64,000 bases of DNA from an uncultured Poribacteria bacterium (GCA_958296135.2 CATQHZ020000001.1:1952001-2016000), one strand, 5' to 3'. Positions 9,015 through 19,812 are shown, counted from the stretch's first letter. A program made the numbers and translations. The notes: a model not told the origin generated them from the sequence alone.

Positions 9015-10256
9015 TCAAGCAACAGAAGCCTCAATCAACTTCACCGCCGTTGACAACCCATCTTCTGCGTTGAGTTTTTCGCCGAGTGTGCGGGCGCGTT
9101 CCGCCGTCGCGGAGTCAGTGAGGGTAGATTCAATCCGTTTTGCCAAACGTGAGGGTGTCATCCTGCGGCGCGGGAGGCTCTTCGGTGCCACACCGAGTTC
9201 GGAGAGCCGCTTCGCCCAATAAAACTGGTCTGCGTGATGCGGCACGACTACCGATGGCACCTTGGCGCGACACGCTGATGCTGTCGTCCCCGCGCCGCCG
9301 TGATGGACGATGCAACTCGCGCGCGGAAACAGCCACCGATGCGGCACATAGTCCGCGAAAAAGATGTCCGGCACCTCAGCATTCAATCCCAGTTGTCCCC
9401 ATCCCGATTGGATGATGGCGCGCTGTCCGGTCTTTTTAATCGCCGCAATCAGCAATTCGGTTGTCTCTTTTGCGTTTGTTCCGCCCATTGAACCGAACGA
9501 GACGACGAGCGGCGGCGCGCCGTTCTCCAGAAAATCGTGCAGTGCCGTTGGCGGCGTGTATTCGGGTTCATCTAAAAACCAAACGCCCGTGAATTCATGT
9601 TTTTCAGGGAAATCGGTGGGCGGCGGACAGAGCGTCGGCGAGGCAGCGATGAGGTTCAGTTTTGGGGAGTATATCCCATCGAGCGCGATGTTCCGCCTCG
9701 GTTCTCCACCGACAGCGGTGATAAAACCGTTAAAATAAGGGTCTACGGCGCGAGTCAGCCGGAACTCCACTAACTTCCATAAACCTGCGTTGAGCAAGGT
9801 GCCGCAATTTGGGAAAATATAGGGCGCGCGCGACCGGGTTGGAACAAATCCGGGACAATAACTATGCGTAAACCACGGCAAACCGAGGCGGATGGCGGCT
9901 TCCTGCCCCGGAATATCCCCCGAATGGCAGAGTGCCAAATCGTAGCCTTTCATCGCCGAGAGGCAGTCGTGATACCACTTCTCACCGCCCCTCAAAATCC
10001 CCTCTTTCACGACGACGAGGAGTGGGCCGAGCGGGTCGCGCATGGGAATGATGTCGTCCATCGCTTTGTGAAACTGCGCCAATTCAAAAGCGATACCTAC
10101 TTCATGGAAGCCCGCGCCGATGCGCTGAATGCGTTCCCTATAAAGCGCAGGCGCACAGACGCGCACCTCATGTCCACAGCTGAGCAAGCGTTCTACCAAT
10201 GCCAAAAGTGGATGGACATCTCCGGTTGTGCCCCAAGCCGCTACGACGATTTTCAT
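9015..10256 (-). CDS. GT1-family glycosyltransferase (sterol glucosyltransferase-like)
   Basis: GTTGDVHP, VSFGSM, VPH-WLFPR, HHGGAGTT, P--ADQFYWA. Confidence 0.9.
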   Translation of the reverse strand: MKIVVAAWGTTGDVHPLLALVERLLSCGHEVRVCAPALYRERIQRIGAGFHEVGIAFELAQFHKAMDDIIPMRDPLGPLLVVVKEGILRGGEKWYHDCLSAMKGYDLALCHSGDIPGQEAAIRLGLPWFTHSYCPGFVPTRSRAPYIFPNCGTLLNAGLWKLVEFRLTRAVDPYFNGFITAVGGEPRRNIALDGIYSPKLNLIAASPTLCPPPTDFPEKHEFTGVWFLDEPEYTPPTALHDFLENGAPPLVVSFGSMGGTNAKETTELLIAAIKKTGQRAIIQSGWGQLGLNAEVPDIFFADYVPHRWLFPRASCIVHHGGAGTTASACRAKVPSVVVPHHADQFYWAKRLSELGVAPKSLPRRRMTPSRLAKRIESTLTDSATAERARTLGEKLNAEDGLSTAVKLIEASVA

Positions 10257-10348
10257 AAACGTTCCTTTGCACCAGCACGGCGAGGGACAGGTTTTCCTCG
10301 CCCTACAGTTAAAGCACCTCTGTCGTAAGGCAGGCTTCCATATTCTCT

Positions 10349-11404
10349 TTATGACAGAGAGATGCCCTCAATTTTGCGCCATACCTTCTCAACGGGAAGT
10401 TTTTTGGTGCATTCCCAACCGATCTTGCACTTATGCGCGCTGCAGGGCCAACACGGCATATTCCGCCGTACAATAGACGCATTCTCACTCAACGGATGCC
10501 ATGCCACGTAATCCGTCGGCCCGAAGATAGCTACCGTCGGCACATCTAAAGCCGCTGCGAGGTGCATCGGGCCAGAATCGTTGCAAACGACGAGGTTGCA
10601 ACACCGCAGCAGTGCAGCCAATTCGCGAATCGAAGGCGGCGCGTAAACGGCAGCGCGCGTTTGCATCGTTTCCTGAATCTTGCGCGCTAACCTTGTCTCA
10701 TCGGGCCCGTGCAAGAGGAGAATCGTGGCGTTGTACTGGCGCGCGAGTCTATCGGCGAACTCGGCGTAGTGCTTCTCCGGCCACCGTTTATCAAACGAAC
10801 TACCGCCGGGGTGAATGCCGACGAGAAACCTATCCGTGCCGATGCTCCATGTTTTTAGAAGTGCTTCGGCGTTGGCTATTTCATCAGGATTGAGATGAAA
10901 AACGAGCCGCCGCACCCCCTCGCCGTGGCACATCAAACTCGCAAGTTCCAAATTCCTATCTACCTCGTGCGTTTCGCCTTTTCGGTATGTGCCATGCCAC
11001 GCGTGCGTCAGCGTGGATTTAAACCGCTTCTGATAACGTCCCAATCGGTAGGGCGCGCCAGAAAGAAAGGCGACAAAGTGCGGCCACGTCGCCGTTTGCA
11101 TCGCAACGACAAGTTGAAACCGTTCTCGGCGAAGATTCTGATAAAACTGCAGTCTCTCGCGCAAACGCCGATGCGCGCCCCCCCGGTCGAAGACGAGAAT
11201 TCTGTCAACATCCGGGTTGCCTTGTAGCACCAACGCATTGAGCGGCCGCGCCAACACCGTAAGTTCCGCATCCGGGTAGTTTTGATGGAGCAGTGCAATT
11301 GCAGGCGTTGAATTCAGCAAATCGCCAATGCCATCGGTGCGGATAATGAGCATCTTCTTGATGCCCGGCAGCACCTCTCCACTTTTTCGCGCGCGGTGTA
11401 GCAT
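10349..11404 (-). CDS. glycosyltransferase family 9 (heptosyltransferase-like)
   Basis: DGIGDLL, GIHPGG..KRWP, NDSGPMHLAAAL, IFGPT. Confidence 0.9.
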   Translation of the reverse strand: MLHRARKSGEVLPGIKKMLIIRTDGIGDLLNSTPAIALLHQNYPDAELTVLARPLNALVLQGNPDVDRILVFDRGGAHRRLRERLQFYQNLRRERFQLVVAMQTATWPHFVAFLSGAPYRLGRYQKRFKSTLTHAWHGTYRKGETHEVDRNLELASLMCHGEGVRRLVFHLNPDEIANAEALLKTWSIGTDRFLVGIHPGGSSFDKRWPEKHYAEFADRLARQYNATILLLHGPDETRLARKIQETMQTRAAVYAPPSIRELAALLRCCNLVVCNDSGPMHLAAALDVPTVAIFGPTDYVAWHPLSENASIVRRNMPCWPCSAHKCKIGWECTKKLPVEKVWRKIEGISLS

Positions 11405-11509
11405 AACGTCTCTCCTTCAACCACTATAGCATAGAGTCAGTTAAAATGCAAAATCATTTCGTCATATTTTCCCTTGCATCGGTGAATGCGGCTATGGTAT
11501 CATAAACGT

Positions 11510-13390
11510 ATGCACCAAAAAGAACACCACGCGCCTGAGACTTCAGCACGCCGCTTTATCCTCGGAACCCTCGTTTTCGGCTCCATTCTCATCATCCTCA
11601 CCTGTTATTGGATCATCTCTGCAGAAAACCGTGTGGTGTGGGAATTGACAGATTTCTCCATTTTCCCCACCGTGTTGTTCACGTTTTTTCTCCTAGCCGC
11701 GCTGTCGCCGCTGCTCACCCGACTCTTTAAAAACTTCGCGCCAACGTCCCGTGAACTCGCGATGACGTATGTGATGGTATCCGTAGCAACCGCGCTCGCC
11801 GGGCACGACATCGTGCGGCAGCTCGTGCCGATGGTTGCGAACGCAGGCTGGTTCGCGACACCCGAAAATGAGTGGGCAGACCTGTTCTTCCGATTCATGC
11901 CGACGTGGCTGACAATTACCGACAGACGCATCCTGCAAGGCTATTTTGAAGGCGACGATACCTTTTGGCAGTCGCGTTATATGGAAGCGTGGATGTGGCC
12001 CATCATCGCGTGGAGCGTTCTGGTAATCGTGCTCTTGTTTATGATGCTGTGCGTCAACATCATCATCCGGAAACAGTGGATGGACCACGAGAAGTTGAGT
12101 TATCCTCTGACAACCCTTCCTGTGGAACTCCTGGGCAATACCGCCGCTCTCTTTCGGAACAAACTGATCTGGCTCGGTTTCGGGGTAGCGTTCGGATTGG
12201 AAATCATCGCCGGGCTGAATTACTTGTTTCCGGTGCTGCCATCGCTCAAAATCAAGTATCAGCTCTTCTTTTCGGAGCGGCCGTGGAACGCGATGGGCCG
12301 GCTGCCAGTCTACGTCTACCCGTTTGCGATAGGGCTCGGCTATTTGATGCCGCTAGAGTTGTCGCTGTCCTTCTGGTTTTTCTATCTCTTCTGGAGCATG
12401 CAGCGTATCTTCTTCAGCGCGACAGGATGGACAACCGCTATCGGTTTCCAAACGGAGCAGCGTGGCGGCGCGTGGCTCGGCATCGGGTTCCTCGCGCTCG
12501 TAACGAGTCGGCGGCAGATTCTAGAAGTGCTCGGCGGCGTGTTCTCCTTCAAATCCAAAGACAAGTTGTCCCACCTCGCCGTTTTCGGGCTCATTATCGG
12601 GCTTGCGTTCGTGCTGACATTTTGGTATTTCGCCGGGCTGTCACCGTGGGTAGCACTCGGCTATTTTACCATCTATTTGGTGCTGTGCATCGGGATGACG
12701 CGCATGCGCGCCGAACTCGGCCCGCCAACGCATGAGTTGCACGGGATGCATCCCGATAGAATCATGCTGCTGTTCGCCGGCAGCCGCCCGTTAGGCGCGC
12801 AAAACCTGACAAATACGACACTGCTGTCTTGGCTCGCGTATGGCTATCGGTGTCACCCGATGCCGCACCAATTGGAAGCGTTCAAAATCGGCAGGCACTT
12901 CAACTTGCGCGAGAACCGCCTGGTCATCGCCTTGATTGTCGCCTCCATTGTCGGCGCGGTTATCTCCGTTGTCGGCCACATCGCGCTCTATTACGAGTAC
13001 CGATTTGCGCAATGGGGAGTCGGCGAGTTTAACCGCTTGCAAAGCTGGATTACCGCGCCGCGCGCGCCCAACCTCCCAGCCATCCAACACATCGCATTCG
13101 GATTCGCCTTCACCGGCATCCTGACGTTTCTCAAACGGCAGTTTCTGTGGTGGCCGTTCTATCCGGTAGGTTATGCTGTCGGCAACGGGTGGGCAATCGG
13201 ATGGATGTGGTTCTCCATCTTTCTAGGCTGGCTTTTCAAGCAGCTGCTCTTCACCGGGGGCGGCGTGCGCGCGTATCGCAAAGCGTTGCCGCTGTTCCTG
13301 GGATTCATCTTCGGCCAGTTCCTCGCGGGAAGCCTGTGGAGTTTACTAGGCATAGTGCTGAACAGGAATATGTATACGCTCTTCCCTTAG
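11510..13390 (+). CDS. polytopic membrane protein, DUF6785/DUF6784 (OPT-like putative transporter)
   Basis: Many hydrophobic helices; FATPENEW, EKLSYP, GPPTHE, HPMPHQLEAFK, WWPFYPVGY; paralog at 38152-40080. Confidence 0.8.
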   Translation: MHQKEHHAPETSARRFILGTLVFGSILIILTCYWIISAENRVVWELTDFSIFPTVLFTFFLLAALSPLLTRLFKNFAPTSRELAMTYVMVSVATALAGHDIVRQLVPMVANAGWFATPENEWADLFFRFMPTWLTITDRRILQGYFEGDDTFWQSRYMEAWMWPIIAWSVLVIVLLFMMLCVNIIIRKQWMDHEKLSYPLTTLPVELLGNTAALFRNKLIWLGFGVAFGLEIIAGLNYLFPVLPSLKIKYQLFFSERPWNAMGRLPVYVYPFAIGLGYLMPLELSLSFWFFYLFWSMQRIFFSATGWTTAIGFQTEQRGGAWLGIGFLALVTSRRQILEVLGGVFSFKSKDKLSHLAVFGLIIGLAFVLTFWYFAGLSPWVALGYFTIYLVLCIGMTRMRAELGPPTHELHGMHPDRIMLLFAGSRPLGAQNLTNTTLLSWLAYGYRCHPMPHQLEAFKIGRHFNLRENRLVIALIVASIVGAVISVVGHIALYYEYRFAQWGVGEFNRLQSWITAPRAPNLPAIQHIAFGFAFTGILTFLKRQFLWWPFYPVGYAVGNGWAIGWMWFSIFLGWLFKQLLFTGGGVRAYRKALPLFLGFIFGQFLAGSLWSLLGIVLNRNMYTLFP

Positions 13391-13499
13391 CAACCTCTCC
13401 GGACGTAGGTAGAGCTCGCCCGAGCCCTACCGGGCAGCCCTGGTTGAGCTCAGGCGAGCTCAAACGACAGGCAGGGAGAACGAAATGCCTCTTGAGAAC

Positions 13500-13844
13500 T
13501 CAAAAGCCTTCAAGTGCGTCTGCTTCGGAAGCAAAAACGCCGATGCTTTTCGACAACCCAATGGTATTGAAAATATTCCGCACCTGATTCGATGGATGCG
13601 CAACGCGCAGCACTTGTCCCCTATCACGTATCCTCCAGAGCAATTTGATTATCTCACCGAACCCACTGCTCGTGATGAAACTGCGCCGTTCAAAGTTGAG
13701 CAGCAGCTTGTCAGCACCCTGAACCGCCTCCTCAGCATACGCCTCTATCAGCGTAGATTCAGACGCGTCTGTCAGGTAACCCGTGATGTCAAATATCGCG
13801 ATGTCGCCTTCGTGCCGGATAGAGATTTGCGAATTGGCTCTCAC
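13500..13844 (-). CDS. STAS-domain anti-sigma factor antagonist
   Basis: LLLNF...FITSSGFG phosphorylatable Ser motif; GAGGAGG RBS before GTG 13844. Confidence 0.85.
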   Translation of the reverse strand: MRANSQISIRHEGDIAIFDITGYLTDASESTLIEAYAEEAVQGADKLLLNFERRSFITSSGFGEIIKLLWRIRDRGQVLRVAHPSNQVRNIFNTIGLSKSIGVFASEADALEGF

Positions 13845-13906
13845 TTTTCCCTCCTCTATAGGTATGTCCCTCATCAATTCATGTAGGACTTACGCAGATG
13901 GGCCCC

Positions 13907-13962
13907 GTAGGCGCGCTTTGGAAGCGTGCCAGCGTGAGGACACGGTTACAAACCACGCCTAC
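13907..13962. repeat. GTAG REP-like palindrome pair (family A)
   Basis: gtaggcgcgctttggaagcgtgcc ... ggttacaaaccacgcctac. Confidence 0.6.
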
Positions 13963-14037
13963 GGAATACCCTCGCGCGTAAATTCTAAACGTCTAATTAG
14001 TTAGTTGCAATCACAGTTGGCGTTCTTCAATCAAAAT

Positions 14038-14964
14038 TCACTCGGACGGATGATGTTCCGGCTGTTCACGGACGACGCTGCCATCTTCAAGATGGAGCCA
14101 TGTCTCAAATCGCCGCTGCCCTTCCCGCAGCCGAATCACCCGTGCGCCGCGTGGAAACCCGTCTCTGCCGTAGGTGTTATAGCCGGTGGCCCGGCCATAG
14201 CAGAGGCGAATCCCATGTAAATCGCCCCAAAAGTCATTCACGTGGTCATGCCCAACAAAGGTGCCCATGACATCGCCAGCCTCGTGCATTGCGGCGAAAA
14301 GGCCGCTATTCAGTTTCGGGGCGCAAACATCCTCGTGCTTTTCACCGTAGCAGATGTGGCAATCCCAAACCTCATCGTATTCGGGGAGTGGGATGTGAAA
14401 AAATGCGAGTGCAGGCAACGGGTGGCAGGCGGCAGCGGTGAACCGTGCTGCTTCGCGCGAATACCATGCAATCTGCGCCGGTTCGAGCCACGCGTAGCCG
14501 CCGATATCCGCTGATGCATAACTGCCCGAATCGATGAAATAGAGCAGTGCCGCCAGGGAACTCTCCCCCGACGCGTCAATAGTTAAAACGTAGTTGCCGA
14601 CACCGGGAACCTCTTCTGGGCCCGGTTGTACCAACGAGTGCGCGCCTTCTCCCATCACTGCCATCAACTCGTGCCGAGTTGCAGTGCCTTCGTCATCGTG
14701 GTTACCAAAGACAGCGGTCCACGGGATGCCCCACTGCTCCACAATTCGGACAACCTCCCGCATCGATGCATGCGCATCCCGACATCCACCGCCTGACAAA
14801 ATGTCGCCTGTCAATACAACCAGGTCTGGTTGGACAGCGGCTGTAATCTGCGCCATCAACGCCTCGGACTCCCGGTCTGCCGGTTCACCGTTGTGCCAAT
14901 GAACGTCGGTGAACTGCACGATTTTGAAGGTTCCATCTTCTCGAAATCGCAATCTGTTTTCCAT
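14038..14964 (-). CDS. calcineurin-like metallophosphoesterase (Dcr2/PAP-like)
   Basis: FTDVHW, LTGD, GNHD, FFHIP, GHDHVND motifs. Confidence 0.9.
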   Translation of the reverse strand: MENRLRFREDGTFKIVQFTDVHWHNGEPADRESEALMAQITAAVQPDLVVLTGDILSGGGCRDAHASMREVVRIVEQWGIPWTAVFGNHDDEGTATRHELMAVMGEGAHSLVQPGPEEVPGVGNYVLTIDASGESSLAALLYFIDSGSYASADIGGYAWLEPAQIAWYSREAARFTAAACHPLPALAFFHIPLPEYDEVWDCHICYGEKHEDVCAPKLNSGLFAAMHEAGDVMGTFVGHDHVNDFWGDLHGIRLCYGRATGYNTYGRDGFPRGARVIRLREGQRRFETWLHLEDGSVVREQPEHHPSE

Positions 14965-15070
14965 GCTTCATCTCCTTGCTATGTCACTATACCATAATTC
15001 CAAAAAAATGCAAGAAAAAATGGCCTTGCATGCCGCAAATTTTTATGGTAATATATCTCCAGAATTACAA

Positions 15071-15904
15071 ATGGAAGACGTTGACACGATGCAAAAAACC
15101 CGTTCCCCGAACACTTACGATATCCAAACCGCGGTGCTCTCAAACGAGGAGGTTGCGGAGGCACATTATTTACTACGGTGCGAGTGCCCTCAAATCGCGC
15201 AACACGCGCGGCCAGGGCAGTTTGTCCACGTGATGAGCTCAACAGGCACCGGACTGCTGCTCCGCCGGCCGTTTACTATCTACACGGTGGAAGGGACTCA
15301 GATAACGATGCTCTATCAGATTATCGGGGAGGGGACAAAGCGATTGTCGGAGATGCCGATAGGAGCGTCGCTACAAGTCCTCGGACCGCTCGGCAATCCG
15401 TTTGACATCGCGTCAACATCCGAACCTGCAATCCTTATTGGCGGGGGTGCCGGCATTGCTTCATTGATGTTGTTGGCTGTCGCATTATGCGAACGCGGGA
15501 TACCGACCCTCGGCTTAGTCGGCGCGCAGCATCGCGCGCGGCTGCTAAGCGTGACAGATTTGGAAGCCCTCGGCATTGCAGTGCATATCGCCACAGACGA
15601 CGGAAGCATCGGGCATCACGGGTTTGTCACCGATATCCTCCGAGACATCTTAGGCAAAACCGATTGGAAACTTCCGAGGATTTATGCCTGCGGACCGCAC
15701 GGGATGCTCGCCGCTGTCGCACAGATTGCCGCCGATTTTGAGGTACCGACTCAAGTCGCTATGGAAAATCGGATGGGCTGCGCAATGGGCGTGTGCCTCG
15801 GCTGCGTCTGTCCGGTCCGGATTGATGCAAATCAGATTGAATACCAGCGCGTTTGCACCGAAGGACCTGTTTTCAATGCAAACGATATTGTGTGGGAATT
15901 TTGA
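15071..15904 (+). CDS. pyrK: dihydroorotate dehydrogenase electron transfer subunit (start 15071 or 15089)
   Basis: RRPFTI, GPLGNPF, GGGAGIA, CGPHGML, MGCAMGVCLGC...CTEGPVF 2Fe-2S motif. Confidence 0.85.
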   Translation: MEDVDTMQKTRSPNTYDIQTAVLSNEEVAEAHYLLRCECPQIAQHARPGQFVHVMSSTGTGLLLRRPFTIYTVEGTQITMLYQIIGEGTKRLSEMPIGASLQVLGPLGNPFDIASTSEPAILIGGGAGIASLMLLAVALCERGIPTLGLVGAQHRARLLSVTDLEALGIAVHIATDDGSIGHHGFVTDILRDILGKTDWKLPRIYACGPHGMLAAVAQIAADFEVPTQVAMENRMGCAMGVCLGCVCPVRIDANQIEYQRVCTEGPVFNANDIVWEF

Positions 15905-15917
15905 GAAAGCGACTACG

Positions 15918-17000
15918 ATGAAACAAAACCTTTATCAGGAATTAATACAGACGAGCCTACAAGACGAACTGCTCTCGGATGCCGTGTGCCAGCAAATCTT
16001 AACCTCGGCAGACGTAGAATTGTTGCCGCTGTTAGACGCGGCATATCAGGTGCGCAAAACCTATTTCCGGAACGAGGTGCAGCTGCACATCCTCAATAAC
16101 GCGCAGAACGGCCATTGTCCTGAGGATTGCCACTATTGCGCGCAGGCGCGTTCCGCGACCGCGGAGATTGAAACCTATTCCTTAAAACCGGACGCGGAAA
16201 TTCTGGCGGAAGCGCGCGCCGCGTATGAATCGGGCGCATATCGCTACTGTATCGTGATGAGCGGCCGCGGGCCTACCCCAAAACGGGTGCAGCACCTGGC
16301 GCAACTCATCCACGCCGTGAAAACCGAATATCCGATTGAAGTGTGCCTCTCTGTCGGGTTGCTCAATGCTGAGGCCGCGCGCACCTTGAAAGCCGCGGGC
16401 TTGGACAGACTCAACCACAATCTGAACACGTCCGAAGCGCACTATCCGAAAATCTGTAGCACGCATACCTATCAGGACAGAATGGAGACGCTGCGAGCCG
16501 CACAGACGGCAGGGCTCGCCTGTTGTTCGGGAGTCATCGTCGGGATGGGAGAGGAAAACGCCGATTTAATTCAGGCGGCGAAAACCTTGCGTCGGTTGCA
16601 AGTAGAATCGATTCCCGTCAATTTTTTCTTGCCGATTTCCGGCACCCAGATTGCGGCACCTTCCGCGCTGACCCCGGACTACTGTCTGCGCGTGTTGTGT
16701 CTGTATCGGTTCCTGAATCCGCGCGCCGAGATTCGCATTGCGGCTGGCAGAGAGCATCACCTTCGTAGCCTGGAGGCGATGGCACTCTATCCGGCGAATT
16801 CGCTATTTTTGGAGGGCTATCTGAATGCGACAGGCACCGCGGCATCGCGCACGCTGCAGATGATTCGGGATGCAGGGTTTACCGTGAAAATGAACGGGGA
16901 GGTTGCGGAAAGAATCACATCTCCGCGCACACCTGCGCCGAGTGATGTGGTAATTAAGGAGTTGGAGGTGCTTCGACCGCGGATGGCATCGGCGGACTAA
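15918..17000 (+). CDS. bioB: biotin synthase
   Basis: CPEDCHYCAQ radical-SAM motif, NHNLNTS, CSGVIVGMGE, SIPVNF, IRIAAGRE. Confidence 0.95.
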   Translation: MKQNLYQELIQTSLQDELLSDAVCQQILTSADVELLPLLDAAYQVRKTYFRNEVQLHILNNAQNGHCPEDCHYCAQARSATAEIETYSLKPDAEILAEARAAYESGAYRYCIVMSGRGPTPKRVQHLAQLIHAVKTEYPIEVCLSVGLLNAEAARTLKAAGLDRLNHNLNTSEAHYPKICSTHTYQDRMETLRAAQTAGLACCSGVIVGMGEENADLIQAAKTLRRLQVESIPVNFFLPISGTQIAAPSALTPDYCLRVLCLYRFLNPRAEIRIAAGREHHLRSLEAMALYPANSLFLEGYLNATGTAASRTLQMIRDAGFTVKMNGEVAERITSPRTPAPSDVVIKELEVLRPRMASAD

Positions 17001-17166
17001 TATGGCATCGGGGAACTAATAACGAGACTAATGAAACCACGTTTGTAAGGATGAGGATTTGAAAACGAAGATTTGGTTAAAAGCAGGTAGCAAAGGAACT
17101 CAGGAGGAGTCCCCCCCCGATGTAAAGACGGATGGAGGATTCCGCCTTTACATGGAGACACTAAGA

Positions 17167-17240
<74 letters not shown>

Positions 17241-17252
17241 GCAAGATCAGAG

Positions 17253-17338
17253 TGGTCGAGGAGGGACTTGAACCCTCACGCCTTTTTATGGGCGATGGAT
17301 TTTAAGTCCATTGTGTCTACCGATTCCACCACTCGACC
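17253..17338 (-). tRNA. tRNA-Leu (TAA)
   Basis: Reverse complement GGTCGAGTGGTGGAATCGGTAGACAC...GACTTAAAATC, long variable arm, GTTCAAGTC...CTCGACCA. Confidence 0.95.
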
Positions 17339-17350
17339 TGATTGTTATAT

Positions 17351-17379
17351 ATTATACCCTATTTTATAGCGTTTGTCAA
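17351..17379 (-). promoter_or_regulatory. sigma70 promoter of tRNA-Leu/tRNA-fMet operon
   Basis: Minus strand TTGACA-17 bp-TATAAT just upstream of tRNA-Leu. Confidence 0.85.
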
Positions 17380-17542
17380 ATTTTTATTGCAAAAAAAACG
17401 TCTTTATTGCGAAAAACGCGGAATTTCGCACAATTTTAATGCAGGATACCCTAAATTTATCAAAACTGCAAGCGAAAAAACGCTTTTTTCTTGATTTTTT
17501 CCGCGAGAACCTCTATCATAGTGCAAAAAAGGAGCACAACTT

Positions 17543-18310
17543 ATGCAAAACGTCACACTTGCATCCGGGCACGAAATGCCGATACTCGGTCTGGGCACTT
17601 GGCAACTGAAAGGCGGACAGTGCGAGCGGATTGTCAAAGAGGCACTCGCGCTCGGCTATACACATATTGATACGGCATGGATGTATCAAAACCAGCGCGC
17701 CATCGGAAACGCGCTCCGCGATAGCCGCATCCAACGCGAACAACTTTTTATCACCACCAAAATTTGGAACACCCATCTGCAGCACGACGATGTCCTCTCG
17801 CAATGTGAGGAATGTTTAGGCGACTTGCAGCTGGACTACGCCGATCTACTGCTCATTCACTGGCCCAACGAAGACGTGCCGTTTTCGGAGACGTTTGCGG
17901 CATTCCAAGAACTTCATGCCGCGGGCAAGGTGAAGAGCATCGGCATCAGCAATTTTAGTATCGCGCAGGTGAAAGAGGCGTGCGATGTCTCCGCGCTGCC
18001 GATTTGCACGAATCAGGTGGAATACCACGTCCGCCGCAACAGGAGCGAATTGCGCGACTATTGCAAGGCCCGTGACATTGGCATCACGGCGCACAGGCCG
18101 TTAGGACGAGGAGAGCTCGTCAACGATGCAGTGTTAAAGAGCATTGGCGATAGGCACGCGAAGACAGCGGCGCAGGTTGCACTCCGATGGCTCATCCAGC
18201 AGGGAATTATTGCCATTCCAAAATCCGGTTCGGTGCCCCATCTCCGCGAAAATTTAGACGTGTTCGCATGGGAATTAACCGACGCGGAAATGCAAACGCT
18301 AGCATCGTAA
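17543..18310 (+). CDS. aldo/keto reductase
   Basis: GLGTW, HIDTA-MY, LFITTK, DLLLIHWP, SIGISNF, NQVEYH, IPKS. Confidence 0.95.
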   Translation: MQNVTLASGHEMPILGLGTWQLKGGQCERIVKEALALGYTHIDTAWMYQNQRAIGNALRDSRIQREQLFITTKIWNTHLQHDDVLSQCEECLGDLQLDYADLLLIHWPNEDVPFSETFAAFQELHAAGKVKSIGISNFSIAQVKEACDVSALPICTNQVEYHVRRNRSELRDYCKARDIGITAHRPLGRGELVNDAVLKSIGDRHAKTAAQVALRWLIQQGIIAIPKSGSVPHLRENLDVFAWELTDAEMQTLAS

Positions 18311-18329
18311 AGGATACAATATCAAACGC

Positions 18330-19616
18330 ATGAAATTCGGGCTATTTTACGAACATCAGATGCCACGTCCGTGGCACGAAGGCGCGGAGCATCAACTCTT
18401 CCAAGACGCGCTCGTTCAGGTAGAATTGGCGGACACCCTGGGGTTTGACTACATTTGGGAGGTAGAGCACCACTTCCTTGAGGAGTATTCGCACTCTTCT
18501 GCGCCGGAGGTATTCCTCGCTGCCTGTAGTCAACGCACGAAACAGATTCGGCTGGGGCATGGGATTGTGCTAATGCCGCCCGCATATAACCACCCCGCGC
18601 GCGTCGCCGAACGAATCGCCACCCTAGATTTGGTATCAAACGGGCGCGTGGAATGGGGCACGGGCGAATCTGCCTCGCATATTGAACTCGGCGGGTTTAA
18701 CGTCGATCCGAAACTGAAACGCGAGATGTGGGCGGAATGCACGCGCGAGACAGCGAAGATGATGGTGCAGTCGCCTTATGCCGGGTATGAAGGGAAGTCT
18801 TTCTCCATGCCAGCGCGCAACGTTGTCCCGAAACCGTTGCAAACCCCGCACCCGCCGCCGTGGGTGGCCTGCTCCAGCCGCGATAGTCTCCGATACGCCG
18901 CCCGAGCCGGGCTCGGCGCGCTCACTTTTGCCTTCATCAATGCCGAAGAAGCGAAATTCTGGGTGGAAGAATATTATGAAATCTTCGAGAAGGAGTGCGA
19001 ACCCCTCACGCAAAGGGTGAACCCAAACATCGCCATGGTGTCGGGATTCTCGTGCCACGACGATGAAGCGACTGCCATCGCCCGCGGCTTAGACGGCTTA
19101 CGCTTCTTCCGATTTGCCCTCGCGCACTACTATCACAACGGCTCGCAGGTGCCCGGCGAAACGGATATCTGGCGGCTGTACCGTGCAACACCTCAAGACC
19201 CGGGCGAAGGACGCGCCGGCATCGGCACGCCAGACCAGGTGCAAGAACATTTAGAGATAATGGAAAACGCTGGCGTAGATCAGGTAGTTTTCATTCAGCA
19301 GGCAGGCGCGAATCGGCACGAAGATATCTGTGAATCTTTAGAGGTGTTCGCGGAACGCGTCTTACCTAATTTCAAGGCGAGAGATGCATCGCAAGTAGCG
19401 CAGAAAAATGAGCGGCTGGCGGCGGCAATTGCGCGGGCGGAAGCGCGTAAACCGGCCTTGGCACCTCTCAGCGATGTGCCGGCTGTCGATGCATACCCGG
19501 TCCTCCGTAAAAAACAGGAGGCGAAAACAGCGGAAGCCAACGAACCCAATGAAATGAGTGAAGATGGGAAAAAGTTTCTCCTTTCAATAGAGGGCGGCAA
19601 ACCTAGAATCCCTTAG
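18330..19616 (+). CDS. LLM-class (luciferase-like) flavin-dependent oxidoreductase
   Basis: MKFGLFYEHQ, WEVEHHF, RVAERIATLDLVSNGRVEWGTG, PKPLQTPHPP. Confidence 0.9.
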   Translation: MKFGLFYEHQMPRPWHEGAEHQLFQDALVQVELADTLGFDYIWEVEHHFLEEYSHSSAPEVFLAACSQRTKQIRLGHGIVLMPPAYNHPARVAERIATLDLVSNGRVEWGTGESASHIELGGFNVDPKLKREMWAECTRETAKMMVQSPYAGYEGKSFSMPARNVVPKPLQTPHPPPWVACSSRDSLRYAARAGLGALTFAFINAEEAKFWVEEYYEIFEKECEPLTQRVNPNIAMVSGFSCHDDEATAIARGLDGLRFFRFALAHYYHNGSQVPGETDIWRLYRATPQDPGEGRAGIGTPDQVQEHLEIMENAGVDQVVFIQQAGANRHEDICESLEVFAERVLPNFKARDASQVAQKNERLAAAIARAEARKPALAPLSDVPAVDAYPVLRKKQEAKTAEANEPNEMSEDGKKFLLSIEGGKPRIP

Positions 19617-19812
19617 GTCCAGATTGGGCGAGCTGATTTCCCTACGCGGGCGGGGAAAACCCAAACGGAGAACGAAATGGCTCTGGCGACACAATAAAAA
19701 ACTTGATTTTAATTGTGAAATTTGTTATTATTTCATCAGAAACTTTATCCGAAACCCCCACGGCGCGCCTTCCAAAACGCTGCCGCGAAACATGACGAGG
19801 AGATTCACACAA

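Noticed and set aside
19624-19812. N-terminal extension of the 2101-aa ORF
   Set aside because: RBS and signal peptide indicate the real start is ATG 19813.
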